DNA from: Takakia lepidozioides
Taxonomy: Eukaryota; Plantae; Bryophyta
Assembly: GCA_030704615.1 (NCBI GenBank)
Contig: CM060731.1
Coordinates: 62,806,001 to 62,870,000 of the forward strand
DNA length: 64,000 nucleotides
Direction: 5' to 3'
Below are positions 10,885 to 23,958 of this stretch, piece after piece. Each line of letters begins with the position of its first letter. Within the stretch, counting starts at the first letter, position 1. Under the pieces are notes generated by a model that did no database searches, was not told the DNA's origin, and worked only from the letters and a program-made list of their open reading frames with translations. Made by a program: the position numbers and the translations under genes.

Positions 10885-13800
10885 AATGAAATGAGATGAA
10901 ATGGTACTTTAAGAGGAGAGAGAGAGAGAGAGAGAGAGGCGGGTGAATGGGGGACATTACACTCTTCAGGAAGAGGACTGAGAATCTGGAACAGCCCATA
11001 CCAGAATTGTCAAGTTCTTAGCTTGTGTCATTGTGTCCTGTGACAGCAGTGACAGTGACACTGATGGTTATGCAAGTGGGGGAGACACGCCTAGCATTGC
11101 TGAGAAGCAGCTTATAACTCCTTCCGATGAAATTCTTCTTGCCAAAGTGCTGGAAACTATTGATGGTATGTTTCTTAATCACTATGGTCACCATGCTACC
11201 ATATCCTTAGTACAGACTTTTGGATGGATTGATCGCTTGTGTAGGAGATTTGTTTTGCATGTTATGTCAGTACTCATGTAAAGGTTTCTAATCTGGATTC
11301 ACTTCCCCAAATCCCTGTTGGTTAATGTGAGAAAGTGGCAGAAGTCGTTAGGCATGAGGAAAGCGAGAGAGAAACAAGCTTATTACATCCACAGGAGGCC
11401 CTATAAGAGAGAACGAAATATACTTCATTAGATCCATGGAAAGCCTTGTGGCCAAAGCTTGAAGAGACGGAGAGAGAGAGATGTATTAAGTCCATTCCAA
11501 GACAGTTTTTTTCATTACATCCAAGGAAGGGACAGGGGCAGAGTGCAAGAGAGAGGGGCAGACTTGATTGAGAAGCTCTATTTATTTGTGTGGAAACTAG
11601 AGGGAGCGGACTTGGAAGAGCTCAAGATGGACGGACTCAAGGCATACCTGCGGTACTATGGGCTGCGATTGTCAGGTGCCAAGGCCATTCTTATGGAGCG
11701 CATCCAGGAGCACTTAGAGTACCATATCCTGTGCCATCGCTGTCCCTTCATTTTTGGCAAGGAAGAGAGGGAGGACTTGGAAGTGATTTGTGTTCCCTTG
11801 AGAGAGAGAAATTGGAGCTAAGTAAAGAGACTTTTGTAGAGTCCCAGGGAAGCCTGAGGGAGAGGTGGGTTAGAAGAATTCAGAAGACCTCAGAATATGG
11901 ATTGGGCCTAGCAGAAGAAGAGCAGGACAGGATTAGACATTTGACCCTACCACATTTCTACACCATTCAAGGTACAAGATGTGGCTAAAATAATGATTTT
12001 TGATTGGGTAGCGTCAAAGATGGAGGTGGTGAAGCCAAATACAGAAGGGCAACATTCTCAATCAACTGCACAGGTAATTACCCCCTGCCTGGATGCCAGC
12101 TTCATCAGAGCCTTTTGCTCCCATCAAAACATGGGTCGAAGCATTGATATGGGACACTTTGCTGGCAGGTGATGTCGTCCACGGAGATGTCGTATTATTT
12201 GAGCAGAAAGTTTATGATCAGTAAGTTCAGTTCACCCTATTTTTTCATCACTGTGCATTACATAATATGTGCTATACATCATTACTTTGCACTGTGATAT
12301 TGAAGGTACTTCCTCTGCAGTGGATTTATATTGTGGCTCTACTCACTTTCCTTTCAAACTCCATCTCTTTGGACGACTGCAGATCTTGAGCAAGTACTTT
12401 GTCGCTGACACGGTGGGTGGGATTGGGGCAGATATGACATTGTGTCAAGGAGAGCAACTGGCCCACCATTGGGCAAGCGCCGAGTAGCTGGGCGTGTTGT
12501 GAAGGAAAGCTATGGTGCCACCAAGCAGCAACACACATTCACAGTGAGTTATTCTTGGGGAGCTTGGTGGACAAGCACATACGTTAATCATCAGACTGTT
12601 TGTCATACTGTTATGGCATAGACACCATGGCTGAGTTGTCAAACTACTTGAAAGTTCTGCTGGGTTATACTGCATTGCCTCTCACTTTTCAGAGCTTCAG
12701 TCTGCTGTATTTGAAAATCTTGACCACCTTGATTTCTTGAGTTCTTGGTGTGTTGTTGAATAAAAACTTCTCCAAATGGACTTAATGTTGCGTAATGTGT
12801 CATAAGCAGATCGAGGTTCTATGGAGCACAGGTTTGAGGCCATTGCCTTCCATGCATCCTCTGCTCATCAAGGGCAGGAATCTCTATCGTCTTCGCACTT
12901 TTCGACAGGTGTGGCAAACTTTCTCGTGTTCTGAGCTACTACTGGTTTCGATATGCAGTGAAGTTTTTCCTCTCTTTGGTGGATGTTTTAAGCTTCTCTC
13001 TCTTTCTTTCTCCCTCTTACTTCTGAGTCACCTCTTTATCAGTTGGCCCCAGGTCATTGCAACAGGCATGTCAAGGCATGGCGTCACAATCCTAACCACC
13101 AACTATGTCTACTGTCTTTCCTGGCCCCCTCATTTTCACTTCACTGCATATTGCAGCTGCTCACACATGAAGGTGGCCATATTCAGTGATGAATGTCCCT
13201 CTATTCTGATGCTTATGTCTCTGTATCATTTTTCTTTTTCTTTTTGAATCATCAGGGAAAATAAGTGCTAACCATGCTGGAACGTGGTGTGTAGTGAGCC
13301 TATGAGAGAAAGATGTACTCATAAGACTTTGTTTTGTGTACCTATGAGGGAGAGAAAAACTAAGAGAGGGAGAGAGAGAGAGAGATGGGGGTTTGAGAGA
13401 TGAATGTGGGGTGTAGCCATGGCTCAATGAAGATAAGAGGAGGGCAGCACTGGCAGAGAAGCATCTACGTGGGGCTGCTGCTCGCACCACCAGAGCTGCT
13501 GTCAAGGCCTTTTTCCGTGACTCAAGGTTTAAAGGTATGTGCAAATCTCTCTTCTCCTTTGTTTGTGGACGGAGGAACTGTCCCACTGAACATGCCAAAA
13601 AATGCTGACAGAGCACACAATCTCTAGGGGTGGCAATCTCGTACATTTTGTGATAGTCCAGTCACCCAAATGGCAAACTCTCTTTTGACCACGTTGTTCT
13701 ATTTCACTTGCCAGGTATTTGTGTTTCAATGAATTTGCTTCTAGTACAGGATTCTGTTATGAACCGACTATTAGGTGTGATCATAGAAGTGTAGTTCATG

Positions 13801-14096
13801 TCTAGATTACTGTGTGAAAAAGTTTACTGTGCTGATGTTTGTGACCTCCTTTCGCAGGAAATGTCACCCAACAACTGAAAGAAAGGGGCCCCAAACTGAA
13901 AAATTCAAGTCATAACCACCCCTATCGCAAGCCCCCCCAAATCCTCCCTGAAGTCCCTGTGGCTTTTCAGTGCTCATTTCTTCACTGCCAAAACACTGCA
14001 GCAAAGGGATGTATTCAGAAATGTTGTTCAAAGTGTTGTGTCAGATCTGGCCAAAGATGCTTGAGACACAGATTTGGCCCAGCACGCATGGGATGA
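10392..14096 (+). CDS. SAP-domain protein (plant C3H62-like core) with a C-terminal SHI/STY-like zinc finger. Exons 10392-10516, 11047-11165, 11601-11718, 12012-12073, 12169-12220, 12432-12543, 12810-12908, 13417-13534, 13858-14096; 347 aa
   Basis: All introns are GT-AG and phases are consistent. SAP motif LEELKMDGLKAYLRYYGLRLSGAKAILMERIQEHL. Family motifs INCTGDVVHGDVVLFEQKVY, VAGRVVKESYGATKQQHTFTIEVLWS, LLIKGRNLYRLRTFRQPW and EKHLRGAAAR. Confidence 0.9.
10849..10938 (+). repeat. Compound (GT)n/(GA)n microsatellites in intron 1
   Basis: Directly visible dinucleotide runs. Confidence 0.9.
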
Positions 14097-15197
14097 GTTG
14101 TAAAGGCAAAGTCAACAGTCCTTTCTCCAAAACAAGACTACTGTAATGAGCAGTCTTCAACCTGATACGTGGGAACGAGAACCCCGTTTACATGTTGCCG
14201 TTGAGGGTTGTGCATAATCCCTCCTCTTGTGGGCCACACTCTTGTGTGAGGGCAAGGCAAACATACGTGGAGGCATCTAAGGTGAGACTTCTAGGATTAG
14301 GGTGGCAATGTTCTAATCCTTTACACCTTGGGAGCCTGGGATACTGCGATATCCCCACTGCTGAAACATGTCCTTTTGGTATAAGCCTAATCTTCACAAA
14401 TCAGGCTTGGTCTTATTGAAGAAAATTAAGACAGCTTTTTATAATCAGACCTCTCGGCTGGAGCCCTATTCTGGTGTGACTGGTGCGGAAATGGACGCCA
14501 CACATGTTCAGTACACTAAAGGTGTAAATTGCAATGCTGTACTCAATAAACCCAGTCTATCCAGCCTTCTCCGTAACCACAATGCTGTTGACATGGGAAG
14601 CTGATTTGCCAATTTCATGTTGAGATTCCCCAACTGGTGGTAGTATGTTTCAGAATGAACATCCATGGTGAACATACTCATGGTGAACATTAATCACAGG
14701 GAACAGTTAAATCTTGAATAAATCCTTCATAAAATGCCTATTCTGTTTGAAACATGTTTAGGCCCCCAACTCATTTACCCTCAAAAACAATCCACTGAGC
14801 AATCCCTGGTAGTGCCTGATATGGCCCTGATCTTGCATGCCTGATATGGCCCGTATCAATCACTACCAATTCCTGGAAGGATAACATGTGAATTTTTTTA
14901 CAGCCACGTGTAATCATGTAACACTGCCAAGGATTACTAAGTGCCTGAAATGTTGCATTTTGTTTGGAGTTAGATTTGTATCTCTCTCTTTGCAATTAAG
15001 ATGTTCTGATAGGGAACGTCTGAATATCATGAATAGTGACATGGGTAGAAAAGAGGCAAGGAAGGGAAGCTACTCCCTCAATTTCTACAATCCCATCTTG
15101 ACTATAAAGATAAAGATAAAGTTTCTTTAACGTCCACTGAATTTACTGAGCCTACTGCTCAACACACAGGCCATCGAGGGCCCAATGGACGGTCTGA

Positions 15198-15270
15198 AGG
15201 CACATGTTGAAGGATTGAACCCGGGATCACCTAGGTTATGCACAGGCAAGGCACAAACACCCAACCACAC
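15198..15270 (-). mobile_element. tRNA-derived SINE head remnant
   Basis: Minus strand gtgtggttgg...gatcccgGGTTCAATCC shows an A-box-like and B-box spacing without a full cloverleaf. Confidence 0.45.
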
Positions 15271-15547
15271 TGTGTTGAATGTGCCGGTTAGGTAAGCTGG
15301 TGGTAGCAGTGTGTGACAACAAGGCTGAGGCTGTGACCTACACTGGTATTTATTTCCCTTCACGATAATCCCTCACTAGCATCTTGACAGGGCCAAGGGT
15401 TTTCTGCTAGAAATCACCGCACATGTTAACAGGGTCTTGAGTTTGCTCAATCCTTTTGAGGAAAAGAACCATTCTTATTGCGATTTAGACTCTGAAACTG
15501 GTAACAATTGGGGATGTGCCTTAAAGATAGTAAAGTTCCATCAATTA
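15271..15547 (+). pseudogene. Displaced degenerate copy of an exon, intron and next-exon start of the C2-like gene (source ~26761-27066)
   Basis: taagctggt.gtagcagtgtgtgacaacaagg.tgaggctgtgacc.acactggtattt ... ggtcttgagtttgct...gaggaaaagaaccattctt...ggggatgtgcctta is shared with 26780-27045. Confidence 0.85.
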
Positions 15548-15551
15548 TGTT

Positions 15552-17330
15552 CGGAGCCCCACGACAGGAGAGATAACAAGGAAAGGTCTCCGGTTCAAAT
15601 CAGGTAGGTTATGTGGAAAGAAAATGATTAGACAGATGACTCAGATGACATTGGACACTTGGGTCAACGGCATAGGCTACCTTAGTCAATATATGAATCG
15701 AGAAGTTTGTTTTGTTTTGTTTTGTAGGGCCGTTAAGATCTCGCCAACCGCGGGGCCTCAGCCCGGTGCTCAGTGCTGTTGGAAAGCGCTCAATGAGGAG
15801 GGGTGCACCGGCTTGGTCTCATGCTTTTTGGACCCGCGGTGTGGAAGATATGGAATTTTGAATGCTTTGGGTCGCTGGAAATTTGGGAAAAATAGCAAAG
15901 TGACGAAAAATAGCAAAGTGGATATATCAATATATGAAGCCTCGACAGGGGAGATTGCAAAAATAGCAAAGCACTATAGAGGTCCTATAGTTTTTTTAAA
16001 TCAAACTATGGCACTCGGCGTTTAAAGGTTAAAAGGGTCAATTACATGGTCTATGAACATTTTTAGCTAAACTTAAAAACACAAACATTGCCAGAATAGC
16101 GAAACACTATTTTTTTAATATTATAATCAATATATAAAGCGAGACGTTTGTTTGTTTTAGATTTGAGATGTCCCAGCGGCCCCTGCCATGGTGCTTGGAA
16201 AGCCCTCGATGAAGAGGGGTGCATCGACTTCTCATGATTTTGGGACCTGCGGTGTGGGAGATGTTGAGTTTCAAGTACTTTTGTCGCTGGGAATTCCTGA
16301 AAAATAGGAAAGTGGGCATTCCTAGGACAATGGTTGGAGCCTCGACAGGAGATATATAAAGGGAAAGGTCTCCAGTTCAAATCTGGTCGTAGGCTTTGTG
16401 GAAAAAAAATGATGAGATACGGCTAACACGAATTTCAAGTATGTAGAGGTATACTTCGGTCTCTACATAGGAGACGCACTTGGATACACTTGGATTACAT
16501 TTGGGCTTAGATGACAGTGGACACTTGAGCCTCTACACGGGAGATACACTTGGATACATAGAAGATTGTACTTGGGCTTAGATGGGCTTGGACATAGGAG
16601 ACGCACTAGGATACATAAAAAATCACACTTGGTCTTACATTTCAATTCTTCACATATGGGCCAAAGGCACATGCTACCCTAGAGGTCGCACTTGGGCCTC
16701 GACATAGGAGACACACTTGGACGTGGGCTTAATTAGATGACATTGGACACTTGGCAAGTGTCCAAAGGCACATGCTACCCTAGAGGTCGCACTTGGGCCT
16801 CGACATAGGAGACACACTTGGACGTGGGCTTAATTAGATGACATTGGACACTTGGCAAGTGTCCAACGGCACATGCTACCTAAGTCAATATATGAAGCGA
16901 GACGTTTGTTTTGTTTTGTTTTGTAGATTTGAGATGTCCCAACCGTGAGGCCCCAACCCTGGTGCTTTGGTACCATTGGAAAGCCCTCGACGAGGAGGGG
17001 TGCACGGGCTTGGTCTCATGATTTTTGGACCTGCGGTGTGGGAGATGTGGAATTTCAAGTACTTTGGGTAGCTGAAAATTCCCAAAAAATAGCAAAGTGG
17101 GAATTCTTAGGACAATGGTTGGAACCTCGAGAGGAGAGATATAAAGGGAAAGGTGTCCGGTTCAAATCTGGTCGGCTTTGTGGAAAAAAAATGCATTTGG
17201 ACTTAGATGACATTGGACCCTTGGGCCTACAGTAGAGGCTACCCTAGAGGTCACACTTGGGCCTCGACATAGGAGACGCACTTGCATACATAGGAGATTG
17301 CACTTGGGCTGAGATGACACTTGACATTTG
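15552..17330 (+). repeat. Complex direct-repeat block: three related several-hundred-bp units plus a 101-bp tandem duplication and ACACTTGG sub-repeats
   Basis: aaaggt.tcc.gttcaaatc occurs at 15582, 16364 and 17149. ggcacatgctacc occurs at 16666, 16767 and 16868. Confidence 0.8.
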
Positions 17331-18224
17331 GGCCCCATTCCTACTCCTCATATTTGGTTACTGCGAAAGAGGTTATTTTCTCCTCAAGCAATTGTTCAAT
17401 GTTCGTCTGCGTGCTTGAGGCTCTTGCGAGTCTCTTCTATCTTGGAGTATATGAGCCCTTGTGACTTTGCACAACATGCTACACCGTTGACTTTTCAATC
17501 TACTCATAAGTTGACCGGCAAGTGGACCCTCCGATTTTGAAGCTTGAACATTCACATGTGTTCTATTCTAAACCTTAGGGACGTCCTAAACCCTAAACTT
17601 CATTAGTGCTTTGCTAAAGTTCCGCGGTTAGCTTCTTTCTACAAGCTTTTAGTTTGAAAAAAGACTTTTTATTCCTATCATTGTTTGTCTTAGTTCAATT
17701 ATATTTGAGAGATATTGTTGACTTTAGCCAAGCCAATTTTAGGCTTTAAAAAGTTATATTTTCTCTATTTAGGCAGAGAGTTATTTTCTGTACATAAGAA
17801 AAACTTTTTCTTATTCTAGACGTAGAAATAACTTTCTCTTACCTATTTTGGACTTGTGCCTATTTGAGACAACCCCTTCCAGCTGAATAGTCAAAGTCCA
17901 AATATAGTTTGACATAGAAATAACTTTCTCTTACCTGATTTTGGACTTGTGATTCAATCACGTATATTTGCCTCTTTGCATATCTTTGCAGTTGCATCTC
18001 AACATCACTTCTTTTCTAGCTTTCTATCTCTCAGGATCAATGCTATTAGTTTCGGTTCCCATAATCTATATATCTACATATATAATGCATATATAAACTT
18101 TTTGGTTCGGATTGTGTTTTTATTGCACCCAGTGCACTTGCGGTCCGCATCCTGTTGCACTGCTACATTTGTCTCAACTCTTTTAAAAAGCCGAAAAATT
18201 AAAAAATGATATATTTCACAAGCA

Positions 18225-18343
18225 AAACTACATCAAAAATTTGTGCTCAAGGAAGCACAATGCGTTTCGTTGGCCAAACAAACCCCCAGAAAATTGAAAT
18301 TCAAAAAGGTGATTTCGTGTGAGCACAAATTTTGATGTAGTTT
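18225..18343. repeat. Short inverted repeat (MITE-like)
   Basis: aaactacatcaaaaatttgtgctca (18225-18249) versus tgagcacaaattttgatgtagttt (18320-18343). Confidence 0.6.
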
Positions 18344-19981
18344 CGTCTCGCTGTAGCATATTCTTGTTTCACTGTAGCATATTCTTAAGATATTTCAAGA
18401 ATATATATCATATTCTAGTTTGCTTGGGCGCTCACACGAACCCAACCTCCAGGGAGAGGGAGAGCCATCTCATAAAATATCTTTCACCTTAAAAACACAA
18501 ACCCTGACAGTCATGGACCCTCAAGACAGAACCAACCCATCAGTAGGTTAGGTGTATTGAACTTGTTCGACTGCGCATATTGAAGCTATGGGGCAACAAA
18601 ATAATAGAGGCTCAGTAGTTAGACGGTGATTGCACCAGCTCCGACAAGGACTCATACCTACAGAATTGATGGGCTTGGTCAACCTCCCCAACGTCTTTGG
18701 AGAAGTCTTGTAGACCTTCAATTTGAGATACAAGGCATGCTGAAATCAGACCGATAAAGCTTAGGAAAATTCATGGACAGATGGTCCGAGGGATGCAATG
18801 GGACGATGATTACAGATTCACAATGCCAGGACTGGGGTGTTGTTGAAAGCCCGGCAGGCCTCCATCTCCCAAAGCTCTTGTCTGAACCTCTAAGCACCCC
18901 CGGGTTGCAAAGATGTTACACATTGCAGCCTACACTTTCAATGGTCCATGCATGTAAGAAAATTCAGGTTGAATGCTTCCGAAGTCCAGACTTTTGTCTA
19001 ATCTCACAAGCTAGCATGCCTTGTCTTGTTCCTTTCCTTGGAAAGCGGTTTGCACGTCCAATTAGCTGTGGTACTTAGACATTTATGGGGACCACCATCA
19101 TCCTCCAAGTCCTTTCAGAATGGTAGCTCGACAAGAGCTGGCTAGGTGGCGGTGCAAAAGGTAACATATCAAGCGAAAATCAAGTGGAAGACGAGCCCAC
19201 AAACATGGGAGAAGAATTGTAGCACAAGCATTGCAAGATGAATTCAACACAATTTGGAGAAAGTGGGTACTGCCATCTCTCCCCCCACTGTGCATATTTA
19301 AAAAATGGAGCTCTGAAGTTACACACATAATGAGACTAGAATGCTCATGGCCGATACCAGTATGTTGCCGTCTCCATTTCTCAACTGCAAAAGTTTAAGA
19401 ACTAGCACAGCCCATCACGATCATTCACTAGCGTGGAAAGGTTATGAGGACGAGACCTCGAAACATAAATCGCTCTGTTCACGAGAATCTTGCGCTTAGA
19501 TAAGGAAAAAGTTGGTGCTCGTCTCATTCGAATTTCTGCTCTCTTCCACGACGCAGGGGTTCCTACCAACAATCTAAAAAGCTGAGGAATAAAGTGAGAA
19601 CAAAGAGCGTGAAAGAAAGAATCGTCGTCTCAAATTTCCAAGGCAGATTACCAACCCCCACTGAGACCCACATGTTCCAGCACTTTCAGGTCTGCCGGGA
19701 GTCACGAAGAGACTTCAACCTTTCTCCAGCAAGAACCCCCAAAACTAATCCCGCAGGTCGCATCACAATTACGAGCGAGCAACTTGCTCTTGGCATCTGT
19801 GACATATCTGCTCCACACCGATACAAACCTGCAGCTCCATGGTCCATCACTAAAACAGTCCATCTCGTTGTTGCCATTTCGAGAACTTGAACCTTTGCAA
19901 AAAACGGATACAATACACAAGGGAGAAGAAATTGAACGCTTCCTATAAAGAGGATGTAGCAGTACACCAGCCCAACTGGCG

Positions 19982-20515
19982 CTATCTCTCACGTTCTGAG
20001 TTCTGATTCCTTTCAGGCGCTACAATCTGCACTGCATCCTCCGCAACAAATCCTTTAGAAGGCATAGCCTCGAGTCTTCTCCGTCCAGCGATGGGGGTGG
20101 CTGTGACATGCATTAGCATCTGATTGCCAACGAAAAGCTCACTCACATGCAGACTGGAGAGACGTGCTCCATCAACTAGATTTCCACAAGCCTGCCGCAG
20201 TCTTGTGAACACCGTCGTAGGGGAGCTAAAGAGTGCCGTTAGAGTAGACATCGGGGGAGGCAAGGGAGCTGGTGGAGCTGTTTCGCCACCACCGAGTGTC
20301 ACAGCTTTGGCAGCCTCCTCGGAACGCTCCCCAAGGACATCGTTCGCAGGTTCCAGTCTCTCATATGCAGATCGGTCAATAGCTTCCGGTGACGCTGGAG
20401 AGAGAGATTCATAATGGGAATCGGTTGAAGCCCACCACTTCCGGGGTGAAAGGGAAGCCAGGCGGACACGGAGCGTCCGAGTCAGTGAGAAGCCTCTGGA
20501 CTTTTTGGCCATCAT
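19982..20515 (-). CDS. Uncharacterised single-exon plant protein (~177 aa)
   Basis: Open 189-codon frame. Motifs LRVRLASLSPRK, AYERL and SPTTVFTRLRQAC resemble small basic plant proteins with SP...RLRDAY motifs (recalled, not searched). Confidence 0.5.
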   Translation of the reverse strand: MMAKKSRGFSLTRTLRVRLASLSPRKWWASTDSHYESLSPASPEAIDRSAYERLEPANDVLGERSEEAAKAVTLGGGETAPPAPLPPPMSTLTALFSSPTTVFTRLRQACGNLVDGARLSSLHVSELFVGNQMLMHVTATPIAGRRRLEAMPSKGFVAEDAVQIVAPERNQNSERER

Positions 20516-23500
20516 ATTATGTTCTCTTTCTCCAAACCTGCCGTCAAACAACGATGCTGCCTCTCACTAGCTTCGGCCAACTCACTTCAGAGATGAGCTG
20601 CAATAGCAGATGCTCTGTTGCCCACTTGAGAGAGACTCCACCAAATCGGATTCCGAGGGAACTTGTAATGAAAGAACTGAAGAATGAAAGAGAGACCGAC
20701 AGAGTAACAGAGTTGTGGCTAGTGAAGGCCTTAATAGTGTCAGTGAACTCAGGAAGAATCTTGATCATCTATTTGAGAATATGGTCATGACATGCACAAC
20801 TGAAGCTGATGAAAGAGCGGGAACAAGGAGGGTAGGAGACAAGATTACTAAAAATCAATGCCGCAACTCGTCGAGAAGGAGAGATGGTCAATGTGTAGGT
20901 ACTAGTAGGTAGGCGCACCGGATGGTGTGACTGCTGTCAACATCACTATCAGTGAGTATCAGTGGAGCACAGAAGCGCAGGGGACATGAAAAAGTGGAGG
21001 GAAAGAGGAACAGTGGCGGCGACAGTACGAAGCTGCAAACCATTATAATGCTGGATTGCTCTATCATCCTCAAGAGCCCTTTGTCAGAACCCATTACGCC
21101 CACCTTCAGGCGCGCCCTAGAAGCTTGCAGGTCTACATTGAATGCTCACTAATGTTCTATCTCCCAGCACACACCTAACCCAGTGGTTGGCCACCCATCT
21201 TTTCCCCCCTTCCTTTTGCTCCGTGCTCAGCTATCCTTCAACTTGATCCGCCTCAGCACCAAACATGTTTAGTGAAAGCCTGCTGGCAGCCACGGTGGTC
21301 GCTAGTGCGTCCACCGACAAATCCGCGGAAAGGGAGCTGCTGCTCTAATCCTAGTAAGAACCTGCTTACATGCGCTTTCAATGCAAGGAATACAGAATAG
21401 GAGACAGTTGCTAGAGTAGATTGATGATGGGTTCATCGGAAGAGCCCACTGAGATATCCATCATCGGGGTACGGCCCGCGAGGTACAGCCGGGGAACCCC
21501 GCTCCGGCAGCCTCGTCGGCGAGCTGGACGATGAGAAAACGAGAACGATGAACCCAAGTATATCCAACGTCTTTGAGCTCTCAACTGATTTGTCTGAAAC
21601 CTCGAGTCAACTGTGTCTGGAATACAACAGTTTGGTACTTGGCAGTCTGATATTGGGTGAGGAGTTTAGCGACCACACGATTAGGCGTTACGTGTGGTTT
21701 CATGGCAGAATAAGACGTTGGTCTGAAATACAATGGGCCCAAGGTCATCTTCCCAAATTTCACAGAAGGCTTTCGACGAGTGGCCCAGTGACACTGAAGT
21801 CTTTGCTGATCGCTAGACCAGTGATGTGGGACTTTGGCCATTTGAGAGCTTCTACATTTCATTCTCCAGGCGATGTGATATCACCCACTCTGGGCTCTGA
21901 GAGCTCTCGGACTCCAGAGTAGTGTTCTGCTGGGATGTTTCAGACGAGCACGAGAGGGTACATGCAGTGCACGCCCGGTGAGGGAGTAAACTTTCCATCT
22001 ACCAGAGAAAAACTGGTCCGGACACTCCGCAGGATTAAGTTGTTAATCTTTCTTCTGCTGGTCTAATACACATAAGCCTTGTTGCTATTTCTCAGCCTTT
22101 CCTTGGCAGGGAACGAGAGAGATCAGCGAAGGGAGGGGTGGCCATGTGGAGATCTAGTATTTCTGAATCCTCCATCACTAATACGAAGCGAGGAGAGAGT
22201 AGAAACTGTGTGCAGAGACCAAAGAGCTTGTCAATATTCATTTAGGAGATGGAGGCTCAGTCTCTATGGTCAGCCCATGTCTTTGTTTGTTGTTTTGTTG
22301 TCTTTGACACAATCGTAGTTGATGAGCCCTGAAACTACATTGAAATCACTGTTTTGCACATCCTCCTTGAGGTCCAGACTTTGCAACATGAGTGTGTATG
22401 CTGGAGGAAGAATCCAGATTCCTGACAGGTAAGGGGCCAGAAAAAGCTGCCACAATCTGCATCCTGATGTCGCCGATGGTATGAGCATCGTAGCCTTTCC
22501 TTGCAGCCAGTTATTGCAGCTCTCTATCTGCCATATCCGAGCACTGTATTACTGAACCTCATACAACCAAGAAAGAACCACAACTCATAACTCATTCGCT
22601 GGAGCATACCAAATAAAAATAAAATAGCATAAATATTTCAGAGAGGCACTCTGCCCATCATTTGAGTGCTCTAAATTCTGCTAAATTGTCAAACGGGAGT
22701 GGAAGGGAACCCCCTTGGATTATCGAGTTTGACATTGCAAAATGTCATGACACCATCTGTCCTGAAAAGCTGGTGGATTCAAGGGAAAAAATAGCTTGGG
22801 CATGTAAGGGGTTAGGATTACTTCCAGTTGAGACTTGAGACATTAACCTGGGTACTCCCCAGGGTGATCGACTGCAAATAGAGGGGGACCTGCAGCTGCT
22901 TGCCCTCTTCAAAAGCGTCTGGGATCGCACAAGCGTTGAGCATGCTCATAAAAGTGGCCACATTTCTTTCTGGCATTTTTGCATGTCTGGAGGGAGTCGC
23001 TTGTGGCGCTGAGCATCGTCTCTCATTTTCTCTTCCTTCAGCTGTAGTCGAAGGTCATCATAGTATGCCATTTCTTCTTCATTGGTCAATTCTTTCTTGC
23101 ATTGAATAGTCAAACCCTTTTGACACCACAAAGCTACTTCCTCCCACAAAGGATGGATTGTCTGCTTCCATCTGTTCCAAGTTCCAACCAATACTTCATT
23201 TTACGTCACTGAGCAGTGAGAAACACAACCTTAGAGAGTGAGCGACTGTGCGCGCGAGTCGGGAAAGGAACTACTTAACCTTCTTAAGAACGAGAGCGCA
23301 AGCATACGCCCCAACTTTCAAAACGAAAACAAAAAGAGAAAGACCGTCTGCCAAACCCAAGATCGGGATGCGGGAGCAAAGTTGTCACACAAGGGGAAAA
23401 CAAAGCAAGGGAGACGAGACTCGGAGACTCTCGGAGCTCCCAGGATCTCTGTCGCTAGCCCGAGCCAGCGGGCAGCGTCCACAATGTTTTCGGCCGGCCC

Positions 23501-23958
23501 GGCCGGAGGCGTTCCCGTACATGGGAACAGAGTCATAACAATGTCGTGCCCTAAGAGTTTAGAGCCTCCTCATTGGCCGATATTTTCAGTTATGGTGGTC
23601 CAGCGAATGGGAAGCAGGTATATTAACCACGGTTACGCCAGATTCGGAACCCGAGTTTAGGGCCGCTGCAGTTCAGTTGAGATGAACTGCCCCCCTTATC
23701 TTTTTGGAGACCAGCCCGCTGGCAACGCTCGTTGTGTGATCCTTGTGTGATCATTCTGAGGCAATCAACCGCACACAAGGATCACACAGCACACAGCACA
23801 CAGCAGGTCTTCTCAAATTGGAAGTTTGTTAATCTGTCCTGTCCTTGAATTTTTCCGCAATGATCCGAAGTTGGGAAGCAGGTTCCGCTGGACAAATATT
23901 TTCGTTTTTAGATACACAGGTCAGAGTCTCTCTCTACAAGGGCTTACACATTCCTTGA

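Noticed and set aside
18500-19350. Possible L1 3' zinc-knuckle remnant on the minus strand (CRSWCNHRLTTEPLLFCCPIA)
   Set aside because: There is only one degenerate motif and the boundaries cannot be set.
22270-23191. Protein-like minus-strand ORF fragments
   Set aside because: No recognisable family and no consistent splice model.
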